A DNA stretch of 64,000 nucleotides, from positions 32,001 through 96,000 of the forward strand of contig JANVYQ010000005.1 of the NCBI GenBank assembly GCA_030059675.1, read 5' to 3'. Below are positions 10,373 through 21,380 of this stretch, one piece after another (the stretch's first letter is position 1; each line of letters opens with the position of its first letter). The notes below the pieces were generated by a model that made no database searches, had not been told where the DNA came from, and saw only the letters and a program-made list of their open reading frames with translations. Source of the DNA: Candidatus Pelearchaeum maunauluense. GTDB taxonomy: Archaea > Thermoproteota > Nitrososphaeria_A > Caldarchaeales > Caldarchaeaceae. The translations under genes and the position numbers were made by a program.

Positions 10373-10820
10373 CTAACCACCGGATCCGTGTGCCTCGCAT
10401 ATTTTCTTCAGCGTTAGATGGGCGTTTAAGAGGGATTTCATGACGCGGCGTTTGATTATGACTTTATCTAGAAGGGTTCCCAGCATGCCGTATCGCGGGG
10501 TGTAGCTCACTTGTTCTGTTGAGATTGTCTCTAGGTCGTTTAGCTTAACTAACCTATGCTCGTATTGCATACGCTTAAATATACTATCCGGTTCCGGATT
10601 TTCACCAGCAATTAACTCGTTTTCCACATAATCTATTACCTTGACGCGTGTCCATTTCTTAGAACCTCTCCGCTTATACGAGTATATCACACCGGCATAT
10701 AGCCTGTTTTTCATCAGCTATAAACTCATACTCCGGGAAAAATCTATGCCATTCGCTTATGTCTGAGATTTTCTTGAAGACATCCTCTACGCTAGCTTTT
10801 ATAACAACCTCCACCTTCAC
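10373..10820 (-). pseudogene. SRPBCC/START-domain protein split by a 1-nt frameshift
   Basis: VEVVIKASVEDVF..ISD...W.RFFP N-terminus joins the 10373..10714 frame (ending LKKICE) if one A is removed from the A5 run at 10707-10711. Confidence 0.65.
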
Positions 10821-10966
10821 GCAGCTTGAGAATCCAGCTCGGGGAGCACAGTATCTACTGTTATGTGTTCGCTGAATCAAGGTTAGTTAGTGTTAGTAAT
10901 TATTTACTGTGATGAAAATTACTAGCTAACTTGGAGGAAGACTTAAAATAGCGTTATGGTGAGGGG

Positions 10967-11194
10967 ATGGATAGCGTGCGTAAGGATGATTTCCTTAGTA
11001 GCATAAAGATGGATAGGGAGTTTTCCTATTACTCGTTAAAGCGGCTGGCCGGCTCTGAGGGTGTTGAGGTTGAACATACACCATATAGCATTAGAGTACT
11101 CCTAGAGAATTTGCCGAGGAATGTTGATGATTACGTTGTTGAGATGGAGTTGCTGGATGTGTATGAACCAGAGCTCAATATTACAAAACGATAG
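10967..11194 (+). pseudogene. Aconitate hydratase A (AcnA) N-terminal remnant
   Basis: YYSLKRL...VEHTPYSIRVLLENLPRNVD matches the AcnA N-terminal YYSL...LPYSIR.LLENLLRN.D pattern; only 75 aa of a roughly 900-aa protein. Confidence 0.7.
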
Positions 11195-11353
11195 AACTCC
11201 ATTTGGCCAAGCCTCATCTAAAGTATATCTTCATATTTTACGTCTTGTGTTATTTATTTCGTAATGGCCTACTTGATGTTCCTAACCTTAGCTATAAGGC
11301 CTGCATGTTATTGTTGGGTTTCTAGGATTTCCCAGCTTTATGACAGGGTTTAT

Positions 11354-11959
11354 GTGAAGGTTCTGAAGGTGGAGAAGCTGCATTCTGATGGTTCTGCGCA
11401 GCAGCTCTTTGAGGTTGTTGCACCTAGCGCTGGTGAGCGTGTTGCTGATGGCATGATGCGTGATGAAGAGCTTCACGACGTTAAGCTTCTCTTCTCGCGG
11501 GGAGGCCGCGTCTTCGGCCTAGCTAGGGTATCATGCCCGTTCAAATGCGGTCTAGCGGACACTGAGCCATGTTTTCTCACAAAAGTAACCTCAGGCGGGC
11601 AGGGCTGGGTATACTGGTATATGATTGGCCGTGATGACGAATGTAGGGATGTTATGAATAGGCTCAGCGATAAGGGTGTGGAGTTTAGGGTTCTTGAGAT
11701 GCGTAAGCTTGAGGGTGAGCGCAGCCTCACGGGTAAGCAGGAGCTTATTGTTAAGGCTGCTTTAGACCTGGGGTATTTTGACTATCCGAAGAGGATAAGC
11801 GTCAGGAAGTTGGCCGATATGTTCGGCGTAACACCAGCCACGGTAACCGAGACTTTACGTAAGGGCGTTAAAAAGATACTGACGGAATACTTCAACTCAA
11901 TAGGCGAGATAAAGCTCAGAGGAGAGTATGAGAGGCTGCTGGATACCCTAACATGTTAG
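11354..11959 (+). CDS. HTH_10 (Bat-like) transcriptional regulator
   Basis: C-terminal LT.KQE..VKAALDLGYFDYPKRISVRKLADMFGVTPATVTETLRKG; start uncertain (GTG 11354 or ATG 11264). Confidence 0.85.
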   Translation: MKVLKVEKLHSDGSAQQLFEVVAPSAGERVADGMMRDEELHDVKLLFSRGGRVFGLARVSCPFKCGLADTEPCFLTKVTSGGQGWVYWYMIGRDDECRDVMNRLSDKGVEFRVLEMRKLEGERSLTGKQELIVKAALDLGYFDYPKRISVRKLADMFGVTPATVTETLRKGVKKILTEYFNSIGEIKLRGEYERLLDTLTC

Positions 11960-12006
11960 GAATTAGTAATTTATCACATCACCTTAAAGACTCTGAACGA
12001 TGACCC

Positions 12007-12543
12007 TTGGATGCAGTTGAAGAGTTAAAACGGGAGCACAGCGTTATAGAGGGTGTTCTGGCATCACTTGAGAGGAAGCTTGAAGAGTTTAAGGCATCTG
12101 GCAGGATTGAGCCCGCGTATATTAGGGGGCTTGTCAAGTTCTGCCAGACATTCATAGACAAATGTCACCATGGAAAGGAGGAGCGCTGCCTATTCCCATG
12201 TTTTGAGCGGCTCGGCATACGGCGCGAAGGCGGGCCTATAGGCGTTATGCTGCAGGAGCATGAGATGGGGCGTATGCTTGTTAGACGTATCTCGGATATG
12301 TTGGAGCTTTATGAGCAGGGCGCTGCTGAGCTTGATGATATACTTGACACATGCCAGATGTATGTGGAGCTGCTTAAGCAGCACATCTACAAGGAGAATA
12401 ATATCCTCTTCCCCATGGGCGGCGGCCTGATGGGCTCGGAAGACCATAGGAGCAGCATGGCTTGCTATGAGGAACGAGAACATGAGCTAGGACACGATAC
12501 GCATCAAAAAATGCTGGAACTGGCCAAAAAACTTTCCGAATAA
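12007..12543 (+). CDS. Hemerythrin/HHE cation-binding domain protein
   Basis: L.REH..I, HHGKEE..LFP, GGPIGVMLQEHE.GR, HIYKENNILFP. Confidence 0.9.
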   Translation: MDAVEELKREHSVIEGVLASLERKLEEFKASGRIEPAYIRGLVKFCQTFIDKCHHGKEERCLFPCFERLGIRREGGPIGVMLQEHEMGRMLVRRISDMLELYEQGAAELDDILDTCQMYVELLKQHIYKENNILFPMGGGLMGSEDHRSSMACYEEREHELGHDTHQKMLELAKKLSE

Positions 12544-12724
12544 ACATCAACAATTATTTTATCCCTAAAAATAGTGTCTATGATTCCCTAGAATTAGAGA
12601 ATCATCTAACTTGCAATATCGGCTATTTAAGGGCTCATAAACAGCCGATAGAGGGCTGAACATATCAGCCGTTGTAGGAATTAGCATAATAGCTAATATC
12701 TTCCTTATACCGGGTTCGTACGCT

Positions 12725-13351
12725 ATGCCTGAGCCTGTGAAGAAGATTGTTGGTAAGGCCGTGCCGTTGGACGCTGATGATGTGGATACCGATGCGATAA
12801 TCCCAGCCCAGTTCCTAAAGGTTATTGAGCGACGCGGACTTGGTAAGTATCTCTTCTATCGCTGGCGCTATGATGAACAAGGCCGCATAACAGGTGAGTT
12901 CGTACTTGACAAGCCCGAATATGAGGGAGCAACCATACTAATAGCTGGGAGAAACTTCGGCATAGGCTCATCACGCGAGAACGCGGTATGGGCTTTACTG
13001 GACTTCGGAATTAAATGCGTCATAGCGTCATCATTTGGCGACATATTCTACAACAACTCTGCGAGGAACGGATTAGTATGTGTCAGGCTTCCAGAAGATG
13101 TTGTTAGGCAGCTACGCGAGCGAGCTAGAGGGGGAAACATTACTCTAACTGTTGATGTGGAGAATCAGAAGATAACGTATCGTGGTGGGGAGATTGGCTT
13201 TGAGATTGAGCCGCATATAAAGGAGCGTTTGGTGAAGGGGCTTGACGATATAGCGATAACATTAAGCATGTATGAGGAGAGGATTAGGGAGTATGAGGAG
13301 AAGATGCCCAGCTTCCTAAAGCCCAAGCCGCGGGGCTTCTTCGCTGAATAG
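12725..13351 (+). CDS. leuD: 3-isopropylmalate dehydratase small subunit
   Basis: DVDTDAIIPAQFL, NFGIGSSRENAVWAL, SFGDIFYNN, GLDDI. Confidence 0.95.
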   Translation: MPEPVKKIVGKAVPLDADDVDTDAIIPAQFLKVIERRGLGKYLFYRWRYDEQGRITGEFVLDKPEYEGATILIAGRNFGIGSSRENAVWALLDFGIKCVIASSFGDIFYNNSARNGLVCVRLPEDVVRQLRERARGGNITLTVDVENQKITYRGGEIGFEIEPHIKERLVKGLDDIAITLSMYEERIREYEEKMPSFLKPKPRGFFAE

Positions 13352-13360
13352 CTCCCATCT

Positions 13361-14200
13361 TTATAGTCCAAGCAGACGCTCAGCATTCTTCCTCAGTATC
13401 TTTTCACGACTCTCTTGCCTCAGCTTTAACTGCCTAAACTCATCAAGCCACCTACGCGGCGAGAGCATAGGATAGTCGGTACCAAAAAGCATCTTATCAC
13501 TCAGTAGGGTATCAGCATACTTGATAACTATCTCAGGTATGTATTTGGGCGCCCATGCGGAGAGGTCTATGAAAACATTAGCCTTATGCAAGGCTATCGC
13601 TAGGGCTTCCTCATGCCAAGGCCAGCCGAAATGCGCCATGACTATCTTAAGTCGCGGAAAGTCTGCCGCTACCTTGTCTAGGTAGATGGGCCTTCCATAA
13701 TCCAGCTTAATCCCATACCCACCATCCATGCCAGCGCCCACACCTGTTATCCCAGTATGGAAGAGAACGGGTATACCGAGGTCTTCGCAGGCCTCGTATA
13801 GCGGGTATGCGCGTTCATCATCAGGATAGAAACACTGTATCTGCGGATGGAGTTTAAGCCCGCGCAGTCCTAGGTCCTTTACAGCCCGCTCAATCTCACG
13901 CACAGCACCACGCGGCGAAAGTGGGTCAACTGTAGCGAAGGAAATTATACGCTCAGGATTCATCTCCTGCAATTTGGCGAAGGCGTCGTTGGTATCTCCT
14001 GGCTCTCCAGTGACTTTGGAGGCGTCTATAGGTAGTAGGACTAGCTTCTCCACACCCGTCTCGGAGTAGTCGCGGAGCATGTCTTCCAGAGTTCGTTCAA
14101 CAACTTTAGCCCTGAAGTACTTCTCCAGATGCTCCTTTAACGGCTTGAACGTGCCGACAAACCCTGGGCCTGGGAAGTGAGCGTGTATGTCTATGGCCAT
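13361..14200 (-). CDS. Amidohydrolase_2 family metal-dependent hydrolase
   Basis: IDIHAH, GLKLHP, PVLFHTG, IVMAHFGWPW, DLSAWAPKY, LFGTDYP. Confidence 0.88.
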   Translation of the reverse strand: MAIDIHAHFPGPGFVGTFKPLKEHLEKYFRAKVVERTLEDMLRDYSETGVEKLVLLPIDASKVTGEPGDTNDAFAKLQEMNPERIISFATVDPLSPRGAVREIERAVKDLGLRGLKLHPQIQCFYPDDERAYPLYEACEDLGIPVLFHTGITGVGAGMDGGYGIKLDYGRPIYLDKVAADFPRLKIVMAHFGWPWHEEALAIALHKANVFIDLSAWAPKYIPEIVIKYADTLLSDKMLFGTDYPMLSPRRWLDEFRQLKLRQESREKILRKNAERLLGL

Positions 14201-14212
14201 GGCCTACTCCTA

Positions 14213-15190
14213 CTATATGTTGGCCATCTTCCTAATCTTCTCACCAACCTTCTCAAGCTCGTGGCTAGTTATCTCGCCCATCTTCTGCCGTAGTATCTCA
14301 TACGCCCTCGGATTGCCTGTCCAAGTCTCTACGAACACTCCCTCCTTTATCCTCTGTAAGGCCTTCTCCATATTCTCGCGTACATGCTCGTCTATTATCT
14401 GAGGACCGACGGTCAAACCGCCATACTTAGCAGTATCGGAGACCGCGCTGAGCATTTTAGTCAAGCCACCAGTGTATATCAGGTCCACGATGAGCTTCAT
14501 CTCGTTGCAGACCTCAAAGTAGGCCAGCTCTGGTGGGTAGCCGTTCTTAACCAGGACCTCAAAGCCCTTCTTGATTAGCTCCATTACCCCGCCTACTAGT
14601 ACCGCCTGCTCTCCGAAGAGGTCTGTCTCTGTCTCGTCTTTGAAGGTAGTCTCTATAACGCCAGCGCGTGCGCAGCCTAGCGCCTTGGCCATCGCGAGGA
14701 CTGTTTCCATCGCTCTCCCACTAGGGTTTTGCGCTACCGCAACTAGTGCTGGCGTCCCTTTCCCCTCAAGGTAAAGCTCGCGCATACGTGGGCCAGGGGC
14801 TTTAGGAGCGACCAGAACAACATCAACGTCCTGTGGCGGGACTATCTGGCGAAAGTGAATATTATAGCCATGCGAGAAGCCAAGCGTCTTTCCAGCCTTC
14901 AGATGCTTCTTAATCTGCTTCGCATAAACCTCTGGCTGATGCGTGTCTGGTATGAGCATGTGTATTATATCCGCCCTCTCAGCAGCTTCCTCAACCGTTA
15001 GAGGCTTAAAACCATCCTCCTCAGCCTTCTTCCAAGAAGCACCACCAGGCCTCAGGCCAACAACAACCTCAACACCCGAATCCCGCATATTAAGCGCCTG
15101 CGCCCTCCCCTGACTTCCATAGCCTATGACAGCAACCACGCGCCCCTCAAGAGGCTTGAGAGACACATCCTGCTCATAGTAAACCTTCAT
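14213..15190 (-). CDS. ilvC: Ketol-acid reductoisomerase
   Basis: [53 protein letters not shown]. Confidence 0.96.
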   Translation of the reverse strand: MKVYYEQDVSLKPLEGRVVAVIGYGSQGRAQALNMRDSGVEVVVGLRPGGASWKKAEEDGFKPLTVEEAAERADIIHMLIPDTHQPEVYAKQIKKHLKAGKTLGFSHGYNIHFRQIVPPQDVDVVLVAPKAPGPRMRELYLEGKGTPALVAVAQNPSGRAMETVLAMAKALGCARAGVIETTFKDETETDLFGEQAVLVGGVMELIKKGFEVLVKNGYPPELAYFEVCNEMKLIVDLIYTGGLTKMLSAVSDTAKYGGLTVGPQIIDEHVRENMEKALQRIKEGVFVETWTGNPRAYEILRQKMGEITSHELEKVGEKIRKMANI

Positions 15191-15459
15191 AGCCCCTCTC
15201 TCGCGTCTCATAGGATATATTTAAAGGCCCTCACCACCCACATCCAGTATAAATCACCAGAATTAATGCGGCATAGTCTCCCTAAGCTCAGCCCACGACA
15301 TAACCTCACCTGATCTTAATACACGAAAAACAAGTATAGCTATTATGAAGTTCTGTGCAAAAGGAAGTAAACTTATCCATCGCGTTATTTTAGAAAATAT
15401 ACCCTCAAATGGCAATTCTCCCCAAACAACAATAGGTGTAGAGATGTTGTATTTCTACT

Positions 15460-16542
15460 TTATCGCGTATATGCTGGCATTATCTCGTCTGCAAAGAATT
15501 GGAGAACTTCATAATCTATTCCAATAGGCATGACTATAAAGTGTCTAACTCCCGCTTCAGCTTCCATCCGTATTCTCCTGCTAACTTCGTCAGGCTTGCC
15601 TATAATGTAGCGCTGTACGACCTCGTCATAGGTTCGTTTAGACAGTTTCCTTAAACGCTCACGCGCGTCAAACTCGCTACCACTACGGCCTATGACAAAG
15701 ACAAAATTTTGATGTGCTATCATGAAATTCTTCAGACTCTTTCCATATTCGGGCAAGAGTGAATCCAGCATCTTAACATATTTCCTAATATCTGAGGGAT
15801 TTGTATCTGTTCTGGCTATCCAGCCATCCCCAAGCCTAGCGACACGCCTAAACACCCTTTCATCAACTATATCACGTGGCACGGCTTTTTCGAAATGAAT
15901 CCCATTTCCACCCCCAGCTATCAGTATTGGTGGACATGGCTGTTGTATTGGACGCGGCTCCAAGTAGAAGTCCTCAAGTCTCCAGAACTCTCCTGAATGA
16001 TTTACCCGCTTCTCAGTGAGAAGCCTGCGCAAAAGTAGTGTAGCTTCTTCAAATCTTCTAACTCTATCTTTATCGCTTACGTTTGAGGCAGCCAACTCTG
16101 CTTTATTCCATCCCTGACCAACCCCTACAATAAGTCTTCCTCCAGAAAGTCTGTCAAGACTAGCCACCTGCTTAGCGAACACCACGGGATTACGATACGT
16201 TATATTGATGACAGCAGTGCCTATACGAGCATTTTTAAGAAATGGAGTTATAGCCGCAAGCGTAGTCATAGGCTCGTACCAAGATGTATTATATGCCGGG
16301 GGCGCCACTCCCATAAGTCTATCCACATGCCAAAAATGAGAAAAGCCTAGCTGCTCAGCAAATGTAACGAAATCACGAAGCTCCTGTAGAGAAATGTAAC
16401 TATCTCCAAAACCACCACCGCAAAAGGTCGGTAAACTAACTCCAAAAGACAAAATATAATCTTGCTCTAATCTCCTATTATGCAAGGGTCTCATGTGATT
16501 TTCCGTGACCATGCTTAATTTATGGTTAAAGGCATACATCAA
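15460..16542 (-). CDS. LLM-class (luciferase-like) flavin/F420-dependent oxidoreductase; start uncertain
   Basis: AEQLGF..FW..D, EP.TTLAAI, IGTAV...YRNP...AKQVASLD.LSGGRLIVGVG.GW...E, PRP.Q.P.PPI. Confidence 0.85.
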   Translation of the reverse strand: MMYAFNHKLSMVTENHMRPLHNRRLEQDYILSFGVSLPTFCGGGFGDSYISLQELRDFVTFAEQLGFSHFWHVDRLMGVAPPAYNTSWYEPMTTLAAITPFLKNARIGTAVINITYRNPVVFAKQVASLDRLSGGRLIVGVGQGWNKAELAASNVSDKDRVRRFEEATLLLRRLLTEKRVNHSGEFWRLEDFYLEPRPIQQPCPPILIAGGGNGIHFEKAVPRDIVDERVFRRVARLGDGWIARTDTNPSDIRKYVKMLDSLLPEYGKSLKNFMIAHQNFVFVIGRSGSEFDARERLRKLSKRTYDEVVQRYIIGKPDEVSRRIRMEAEAGVRHFIVMPIGIDYEVLQFFADEIMPAYTR

Positions 16543-16660
16543 TGCAAATCTATATAAAGATGCATATCTATTAGCTAAATGAAGTTACTATTGCATAATA
16601 ATGTATATTTTTGATCACATATAATTAAATAGTGTTTATGTGAGATAAGTCTTTTGGACA

Positions 16661-16892
16661 ATGTTCGAATTAAAAACTAATTTTCTAATTTAAAAAGGCG
16701 AGAACTTCTAAAGACTATCTCAGCTGGTGCTGCATATATTACATCGTAGGTAAAAATGCGGGTGGCACTGACATCGAAGTAGCGGAATATGAAAAGAAGA
16801 TAGATGAATTTCGTAGCAGTTCAATTGAAAAAGAGCTTGTTAAACCAATTGGGGTGGCATTAAGATGGGCAATAGATATTTGGGTTGGATAG
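16661..16892 (+). pseudogene. Internally deleted remnant of a TtrB/NrfC-like 4Fe-4S subunit
   Basis: Tat-like SNLKRRELLKTISAGAA is joined near 16733 to IYYIVGKNAGG... in another frame; YYI is the usual end of the NrfC/TtrB ferredoxin domain; lies directly upstream of nrfD. Confidence 0.55.
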
Positions 16893-18173
16893 TGTTCCTA
16901 ATAATCGTGACAGCAGCGACTAGTTATGGATGGTATGTTAGAGCTGTTGAAAATCTGAAAGTTACCGTGATGTCGCCTTCAATGACAAGCTGGGGTATGT
17001 GGATAGCTTTTTACATTTTCTTTGTAGGTCCTAGCGCAGGAGCATCTTTAGTTTCTTCTTTAGTATATGGCTTTAATATGAAACAGCTTGAAGATGTCGG
17101 GAGATATGCATTGATAATCGCTATACTCTCATTGGTTGGTGTATTCCTCAGCGTCTTACCTGATTTGGGTAGAATGGAGAGATTTTACAGACTATATACA
17201 GAACCTAACTTTAGATCATGGATGGCAATAGAAGCATGGATGTATTTGATATATAATCACATTATTTGCTGAACTTTACTTAGCATCGCGACAAGATATA
17301 ATTCAATTGAAAGCTACAACTAAAGGAATTAAAGGTGCACTTTATAGGATATTGTCTGCAGGAGCAAAAGAAGCATCTCTAGAGAGACATGCAAAAGATA
17401 TGAAGATAGTTCGTGTTCTCGCAATAGTTGGCATTCCTGTAGCAGCTATAGGTGTGCATGGTGGAACTGGAGCTATATTTGGTGTTGTAGGAAGCCGTCC
17501 TCTCTGGTACGGACCTTACACACCGATATATTTTGTCCCATCAGCTATGCTGAGTGGGGCAGCATTCTTACTAGCAATCTATATAATAACCAATAAATTA
17601 ATGGGAAGAGAGAAACTAAAAGAAACTATTAATATGCTCAAAAACGTAGTACTACTCCTACTCTTCTTAGAATGGTTCTTTATCTTCTGGGAAGCGATAG
17701 TATCATTATGGCCAACCTCACCTATTGAGGATATAGAAACTGCTTCAAGACTCTTATTCGGACCTTACTGGTATGTCTTTTGGGTAATAGAATTCCTAAT
17801 AGGATTCATAGTCCCGGCTGGGATTCTACTGGGCAGACGCGCCTCCAGAATTCCTGTATTAATGGTTATTGCAGGACTTTTGATAGTAATCGGGATAATT
17901 GGAATAAGATTTAACATAGTATTGCCTACACTTTCAGAAGCACCACTACCACATTTGCCAGCTGAATGGAATATAAAACAAATGCCTTGGAAACAAATCC
18001 CAGCATATCCAGGAACTGTCTTTGGATGGATACCCAACTATGGTGGAGGAGTTCCCTACTTCCCTTCTATATGGGAGATATTAGTACAGGCCTCCATAAT
18101 TACATTCTTGATATTATTGTATAGTTTGGCGGTTAAATTTGTCCCTCTTCAGGAGGTGGTGAGAAATGAATAA
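16865..18173 (+). pseudogene. NrfD/PsrC/TtrC family membrane anchor with one frameshift near 17250
   Basis: WGMWIAFYIFFVG.SAGA, DLGRMERF, F.SWM..EAW; continues as IITLFAELYL... into the 17307 frame with VHGGTGAIFGVV..RP.W and PSIWEI. Confidence 0.85.
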
Positions 18174-21100
18174 GATAGATAGAAGAGAATTTGTAAAACT
18201 CGGTGCGGTGCTTGGAGCTTGTGCAATAGTGGGTACCCAAATAGCTTCAGCGCTGAACAAATTTGAAGAAATTAGTTTAGGTGCAATAGATAAAGAGCGT
18301 TATGGTGCTAATCCATTAGCCAAACCAGAATCAATAATATACTCAGTCTGTCTTCAATGCCATACTGCTTATCCAATAAAAAGTAAGACATTAGATGGAG
18401 TGTTAGTTAAGATAGAGGGAAACCCTTACTCGCCACAGAATTTACTGCCGCATTTACGATACGATACTTCACCAGAGCAAGCAGCCAAGATAGATGGTGT
18501 AATATGTCCCAAAGGACACGCTGGGATCGAGACATTATACGATCCGTATAGAATAAGAAGAGCATTGAAACGAGCTGGGCCACGCGGATCTAATAAATGG
18601 AAGGTGATAACATTTGAGCAAGCAATACAGGAGATTGTTGAAGGTGGGTATCTGTTCAAAGATATACCTGGTGAAGAAGATAGATATGTCCCTGGCTCGA
18701 AAGAATTATGGATATGGGGTTTAATACGTGAGAAAGGAGGAGATCCTTCAACAATCTCCGCGGGAATTAACGCCGATATAAAGGCCATAAATTCAACACC
18801 ATTGAACGAAAGAAAGAATGTCATCGACGAATTTAAGAGAAAATGGTCCTCAAGATTCGGAGAATTAGGTCTAAAGCTTGAGGGCATCTTCATAGATCCT
18901 GACCATCCAGACTTGGGTACAAAAGCTAACCAGCTTGTCTTCATGCCGGGCAGAATAGAGCATGGTCGGAAAGAATTCTCAAAGCGTTGGCTAATAGATT
19001 CATTTGGCTCGGTTAACTGGTATGAACATACTACGATATGCGAGCAGAGTCATCATATAGCCTATAAAATGATCTCGGGAAGGATCATATGAAACCCGAT
19101 ATAATCAAGAGTGAATTTATAATATTCTTTGGAACTGGAGGCTTTGAGGCGAACTTTGGACTAACAAATATGGCTGGAAAGATACTTCATCGCTTACATC
19201 TAGATCTTTTAAATTTGCGGTAGTAGATCCAAGACATTCAAAAACTGCCGCTAAAGCATGGAAATGGATTCCGATAAGACCTGGTACTGACGACGCGTTT
19301 GCACTTGGCATGATAAAATGGATTATTGAAAATAAACGATACGATCAAAAGTATCTGGAGAATGCTAACATGGCAGCAGCCAAGGAACTAGGTGAGCCAT
19401 CATTTACGAATGCTACGTATCTTGTTGGAGTAGATAACGGCAAGCTTCTGAGAGCCTCGGAAGTAGGGGTAGGTAGGGAAAATGGGTATGTAATAGTTGG
19501 GAAAGAAACTGGAGACCTTTTAGCTGTAGATCCAAATGATAAAGAGAATCTACTTCGTGGAGAGCTTCTTGCGTCTAGGAAATTAAAGCTTGTTACTGGA
19601 GAAACAATTGAAGTTAAAACAGGATTCCAACTACTTTCTGAAAGCGCGAACAGTAAATCATTAGAAGGATGGGCTGATATATGCGGCATTTCATCATCAG
19701 ACATCATATCACTTGCAGATGAGTTTACAAGGCATGGAAAACGAGCGATTGCAGAACTATATAGAGGTCCCGTCCAGCATACAAATGGATATTATAACGC
19801 ACAGGCTATAATAACGCTTAACCTATTGATTGGAAACATAGGCTGGAAGGGTGGGCTATCAAAAGGAGGTGGACATTGGCATGAAATGGGCGATAAACGT
19901 GATGGACCGTTTAACTTAAAGAAGCTTCATCTTGGCAAGATTAAGGCAGTAGGCGTTAAGCTGACCCGTGAGGGAAGTAAGTTCCAAGATTCTACTCTTG
20001 CATTAACTGAGAAGAAGCCGAAAAGACCATGGTATCCATTTACAAGTAACGTGTATCAAGAGATATTACCCGCAGCGGAGGCGGGCTACCCATATCCGAT
20101 AAAGGTTCTCTTTCTACATAAAGGAACACCAGTTTACTCAATACCAGGGAGCAACACACAACTTAAAATAATAAAAACCTAGAGAAAATTCCACTATTCA
20201 TCGCATGTGATATAGTAATTGGAGAGACATCCATGTACGCGGATTATATCTTCCCCGACTTATCTATATGGGAACGTTGGGGAACATCGCATATAACTCC
20301 GGATTTACAGACAAAAGCTAGTAAAGTTAGACAGCCAACAGTAAGCCCGCTTGTTGAGATAGTTAAAGTATTCGGTGAGGAGATGCCGATAAGCATGGAA
20401 ACTGTTATGCTCGCCATTGCTGAAAAATGCGACTACCTGGATATGGTGATGATGGATTTGGAGAGGGAATGCCATTCAAGAGAATGGAAGAATTTTATCT
20501 TAAGATGGTAGCAAACATAGCCGCTGGTGATAAAGTAGGTGAAGAAGTACCCCACGCAATGACAACGAGCTTGAAATCTTCAGAAAAGCCAGAAAACATC
20601 TACATCCGGGCATATATAATGAGGATAAATGGCACAGAGCTGTTATAGACGCTGAAGGAGTAGATTGGTGGAGAAAAGTAGTTTACATACTCAATAGAGG
20701 TGGGAGATTTGAAGACTATGAAAATGCATACAATGGAGAATATTTGAAACATAGATTTTCAGGTATGCTGAATTTATATGTAGAAAAGGTAGGTTCTTAC
20801 TATGATACATTTAGAGGAGAAAGGTTCAAAGGTATTCTATCGTACGAGCCTCCTACCGATTCTGCAGGAAACTTAATAGATGATAGTGATTATCCGTTAC
20901 ATCTAACAACTTATAAAGAAGTTACCGGAGGTCAGTCAAGAACACAGCCTAATTATTGGTTATTATCGGTAATGCCGTCAAATTATTTGATGATGAACGA
21001 AGAGACTGCACGTGAATTAGGATTACATAAAGGTGATAAGATAAAAATAGTATCGAAAAAATCCTGATGGTAGATGGTTAATAGGTTATGCAAACACGCC

Positions 21101-21380
21101 TGAAGGAGGAGAGTTTTTCGTTGAAGGAATAGTTAATCCTGTAAAAGGCATGACCAAGAACTTTATTGCTGTCTCATGGCACTTTGGACATTATGCTTAT
21201 GGTTCAAATGATGTGGAGATTGATGTTGTCGCCATTAAAGGTGATAAGCGTAGAGGGTTAGGATTATGTCCGAACGCTGTCCTACGCGTATACCCGGTTC
21301 TAAAGAATGTCTGTCTCACAGACCCTATAGGTGGAAGTGCTTCATTTTACGACACGAAAGTAAAAATAGTAAAAATTTAA
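18166..21380 (+). pseudogene. Tat-exported DMSO-reductase family Mo/W-bisPGD catalytic subunit (TtrA-like) with about 6 frameshifts
   Basis: DRREFVK Tat motif, SVCLQCHTAY, KIEGNPYSP, ICPKG, HTTICEQSHH, VVDPR.S.TA, PI.PGTD, ETSMYAD, DPIGGSASFYDT; shifts near 19075, 19183, 20175, 20425, 20558 and 21058. Confidence 0.88.

Noticed and set aside
18166-21380. Programmed frameshifting or a genuinely split multi-subunit molybdoenzyme
   Set aside because: Too many independent shifts, plus loss of an Fe-S Cys and deletion of the partner subunit, indicate decay
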